Shown piece by piece: positions 62,074 through 64,000 of a stretch of 64,000 bases of DNA; the first letter of the stretch is position 1; every line of letters starts with the position of its first letter. Below the pieces are notes generated by a model. That model was given only the letters and a program-made list of their open reading frames with translations, was not told the DNA's origin and made no database searches. Made by a program: the position numbers and the translations under genes. Source of the DNA: Gammaproteobacteria bacterium (GTDB lineage Bacteria > Pseudomonadota > Gammaproteobacteria > SZUA-21); NCBI GenBank assembly GCA_003233345.1, contig QILK01000073.1, positions 6,413-70,412 on the forward strand, written 5' to 3'.

Positions 62074-63048
62074 CTATTTTTCGCTCTTCTTTTTTAAGAC
62101 TTCCTGTGTCAATAAATCAATTGCCAAGTTACTTACCGGATAATATAAAGCCGGGCCTGCCGCTTGTGATGGATCTTTAGCCTCTACTGGCTGAATATTT
62201 ATACCATTATTCGCATCCAACTGAATAGGTTCGGGCAAATAACAATCATTTTCATCGCCATTACAAACCCGACCTTTTCGATCCCAGGGTAAACGTCGGT
62301 ATATCGCTAAATCTTCAAAGCCAAGATAAGGATATTTTATAATGTCGAAATAGGGTGAATAATCAAAATCTCTTGGCGTGTAAAGTCGCTCATTGCGTTT
62401 AAAAAGCCTGACTTTCCCATTAGCCATCTTCTGAATAACCGGCATAATGGGAAAATGTACCGACGAAAACGCAGTGGCGATCAAAGAGGAGCAAACGGTT
62501 TGCGTAGGATCGCCAGCATTATGTTGAAACAAACTGGATCGCCAGCGTCTCGGTAAAATATTGTAGGGGAACATAAAGCGGGCTAGATCGAGAAGCTGGC
62601 GTACATTATAACCTTTGCCCAAGTGATCGATCGCAAAGGCGACTACCTTTTTTACGTCGTTTCGACTAATGCCATGGGGTCTACAGATACGCACATGGTC
62701 AGTTTGGTATTTACTCAGTGGAACGATGATGGTGCCTTCACCGAGCATGGCTTCCATTAACAATTGGGTATTTGGGTCGCCATCGAAATGCGCTTCGATA
62801 CGCTTTTTCAATATGGGATCGTCAATATCATGCAGTCGCCCCAGATAAAGCGCTGAATGCGTCCAGGCACTTTGGGTAATGCTCTTGATGACATCACTGA
62901 CTTTACTTCTGCCTTCAATCAGCAATACATCACACTGCTTGATTTCATAACTAATTCTTTCAAAGTCACATAGTGGTGTGCCCTGCAGTTCCCGGTCTTT
63001 GGTTAACCAGTGGCTAAGTTTTTTAACTAACCAGTTTTTGATTTGCAT
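62074..63048 (-). CDS. Hypothetical protein, possibly permuted papain-like amidase (YaeF/YiiX family)
   Basis: 324 aa. The His-containing motif (WTHSALYLG) precedes a Cys motif (CSSLIATAF), the order expected for permuted papain-fold enzymes. The assignment is tentative. Confidence 0.4.
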   Translation of the reverse strand: MQIKNWLVKKLSHWLTKDRELQGTPLCDFERISYEIKQCDVLLIEGRSKVSDVIKSITQSAWTHSALYLGRLHDIDDPILKKRIEAHFDGDPNTQLLMEAMLGEGTIIVPLSKYQTDHVRICRPHGISRNDVKKVVAFAIDHLGKGYNVRQLLDLARFMFPYNILPRRWRSSLFQHNAGDPTQTVCSSLIATAFSSVHFPIMPVIQKMANGKVRLFKRNERLYTPRDFDYSPYFDIIKYPYLGFEDLAIYRRLPWDRKGRVCNGDENDCYLPEPIQLDANNGINIQPVEAKDPSQAAGPALYYPVSNLAIDLLTQEVLKKKSEK

Positions 63049-63273
63049 GGTATACCTCTACGTGTTAAGTATTTAGATTGCAAGTATCCCTATTAATTCA
63101 ATTAGTCTAATCCAAAGCTATTATTTCGTGTTTAAATAAGGTTTTATTGCGCAAATATTCGTTGAAAAGTGTAAATAAGTATCATTTAACGATATTTAGA
63201 CATTAGCACTTAAATGAATCTGGTTTTCTGTTAACGAGCAGCCGGGTTGACTTTAGGTGCCGAATCCATGGCA

Positions 63274-64000
63274 TTAGCCCTTTAAATGCAATATTAAGTC
63301 CAAAACGTGGCTTATTTCCTCTGTTGAGTTATAGAAGTGAGGCGAAAAGCGGATACCCCCTTCCCGCCGCGCGCAGACGACCCCGCGATCAAGCAAATAC
63401 TCATATAATTCATTATTGTTTATATGTTTATGTCGAAAGACAAATATCCCGGAAAGCCTATCAGGGTCATCATCGATTAAAATTTGTAAATTCGGGTGTT
63501 TCGAAAATTGCTCAATCATATAGGTGATATTGCGATTGATAAGATTACTGATGGCGTCAATGCCAGCGTCACGGATTAGCGATAGGCTGGCATTAAAGGC
63601 AAAAGTGCCAAGCGTATTTGCGCTGCCACATTCAAAGCGCCGCGCAGATGTTGCAATTTCCCAATCGCGATTATCAAAATCAAAATGTTGTTCCACCATA
63701 TGCCAGCCGTATTGTTGTAACTGTAATTGCTCGCGAACAACGGGGTCACAGTAAAAGAGTGCCAGACCCTCCGGACCCATCATCCATTTATGGGCATCAG
63801 CCATCACAAAATGTGCACCATTATTTTGTACATCGAATGCCTGGGCGCCTAATTGCTGAATAGCATCGACACAAAACAAGATATTATTTTGGCGACAAAA
63901 CGCACCAAGTTTTTCCAAGTTTAGTTTCAGGCCAGACGCAAACTGGACAGCGCTAACCGACATGATGCGGGTATTAGGGTCACAAGCTTTGATTAGCGCA
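63274..64000 (-). CDS. Class V aminotransferase / cysteine desulfurase-like PLP enzyme (partial; N-terminus beyond the right edge)
   Basis: The frame stays open to the window end. ADAHKWMMGPEGLALFYC contains the PLP-lysine context typical of class V aminotransferases. Confidence 0.65.
   Translation of the reverse strand, partial: ALIKACDPNTRIMSVSAVQFASGLKLNLEKLGAFCRQNNILFCVDAIQQLGAQAFDVQNNGAHFVMADAHKWMMGPEGLALFYCDPVVREQLQLQQYGWHMVEQHFDFDNRDWEIATSARRFECGSANTLGTFAFNASLSLIRDAGIDAISNLINRNITYMIEQFSKHPNLQILIDDDPDRLSGIFVFRHKHINNNELYEYLLDRGVVCARREGGIRFSPHFYNSTEEISHVLDLILHLKG

Noticed and set aside
1-64000. tRNA, rRNA, tmRNA, RNase P or CRISPR arrays
   Set aside because: I inspected the intergenic regions larger than about 100 bp (2272-2480, 6114-6382, 9249-9481, 13387-13832, 18620-18939, 27031-27200, 30063-30612, 36769-37168, 41841-42076, 53865-54088, 63049-63273). 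I saw no cloverleaf-like acceptor/T-arm pairing and no regularly spaced repeats. A tRNAscan/Infernal run would be needed to be certain.

Overview
This window is a 64 kb chromosomal segment from a low-GC Gram-negative bacterium. Gene order resembles Gammaproteobacteria such as E. coli and Pseudomonas. I made no database searches and do not assign a species.

Most of the window is conserved housekeeping sequence:
- acnA (partial), then hflD-mnmA-nudJ divergent from icd.
- clpS-clpA convergent with infA-aat-bpt, together forming a complete N-degron pathway gene set.
- rne, with a long 5' leader, divergent from rluC, a HAD phosphatase and maf.
- A two-subunit pyruvate carboxylase (biotin carboxylase plus carboxyltransferase/BCCP).
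- yceD-rpmF-plsX-fabH-fabD-fabG-acpP-fabF-pabB-pabC-mltG-tmk-holB-pilZ.
- A secreted alpha-carbonic anhydrase, then a fatty-acid beta-oxidation block (fadD, fadJ, fadI, fadE).
- A YiiX-like protein and a partial class-V aminotransferase.

An accessory stretch runs from about 10.9 kb to 27 kb. It begins with a GST-containing cassette flanked by roughly 217 bp direct repeats that duplicate the 3' end of a neighbouring gene. It also encodes a secreted Sel1 plus ankyrin-repeat protein and a second Sel1 protein.

The most notable feature is a compact gene cluster at 15.9-23.2 kb. It encodes a polybasic integral membrane protein, then two secreted c-type cytochromes with 21 CxxCH motifs each. The first is built from seven triheme c7-like modules and is extremely lysine-rich; the second is Thr/Asn/Gly-rich with recurring CxxCHNGTT units. 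Last is an 818 aa outer-membrane protein with TPR-like repeats and a C-terminal beta-barrel ending in YDF. This looks like a previously uncharacterised porin-cytochrome (extracellular or periplasmic electron transfer) module.

I found no tRNA, rRNA or CRISPR array by eye.
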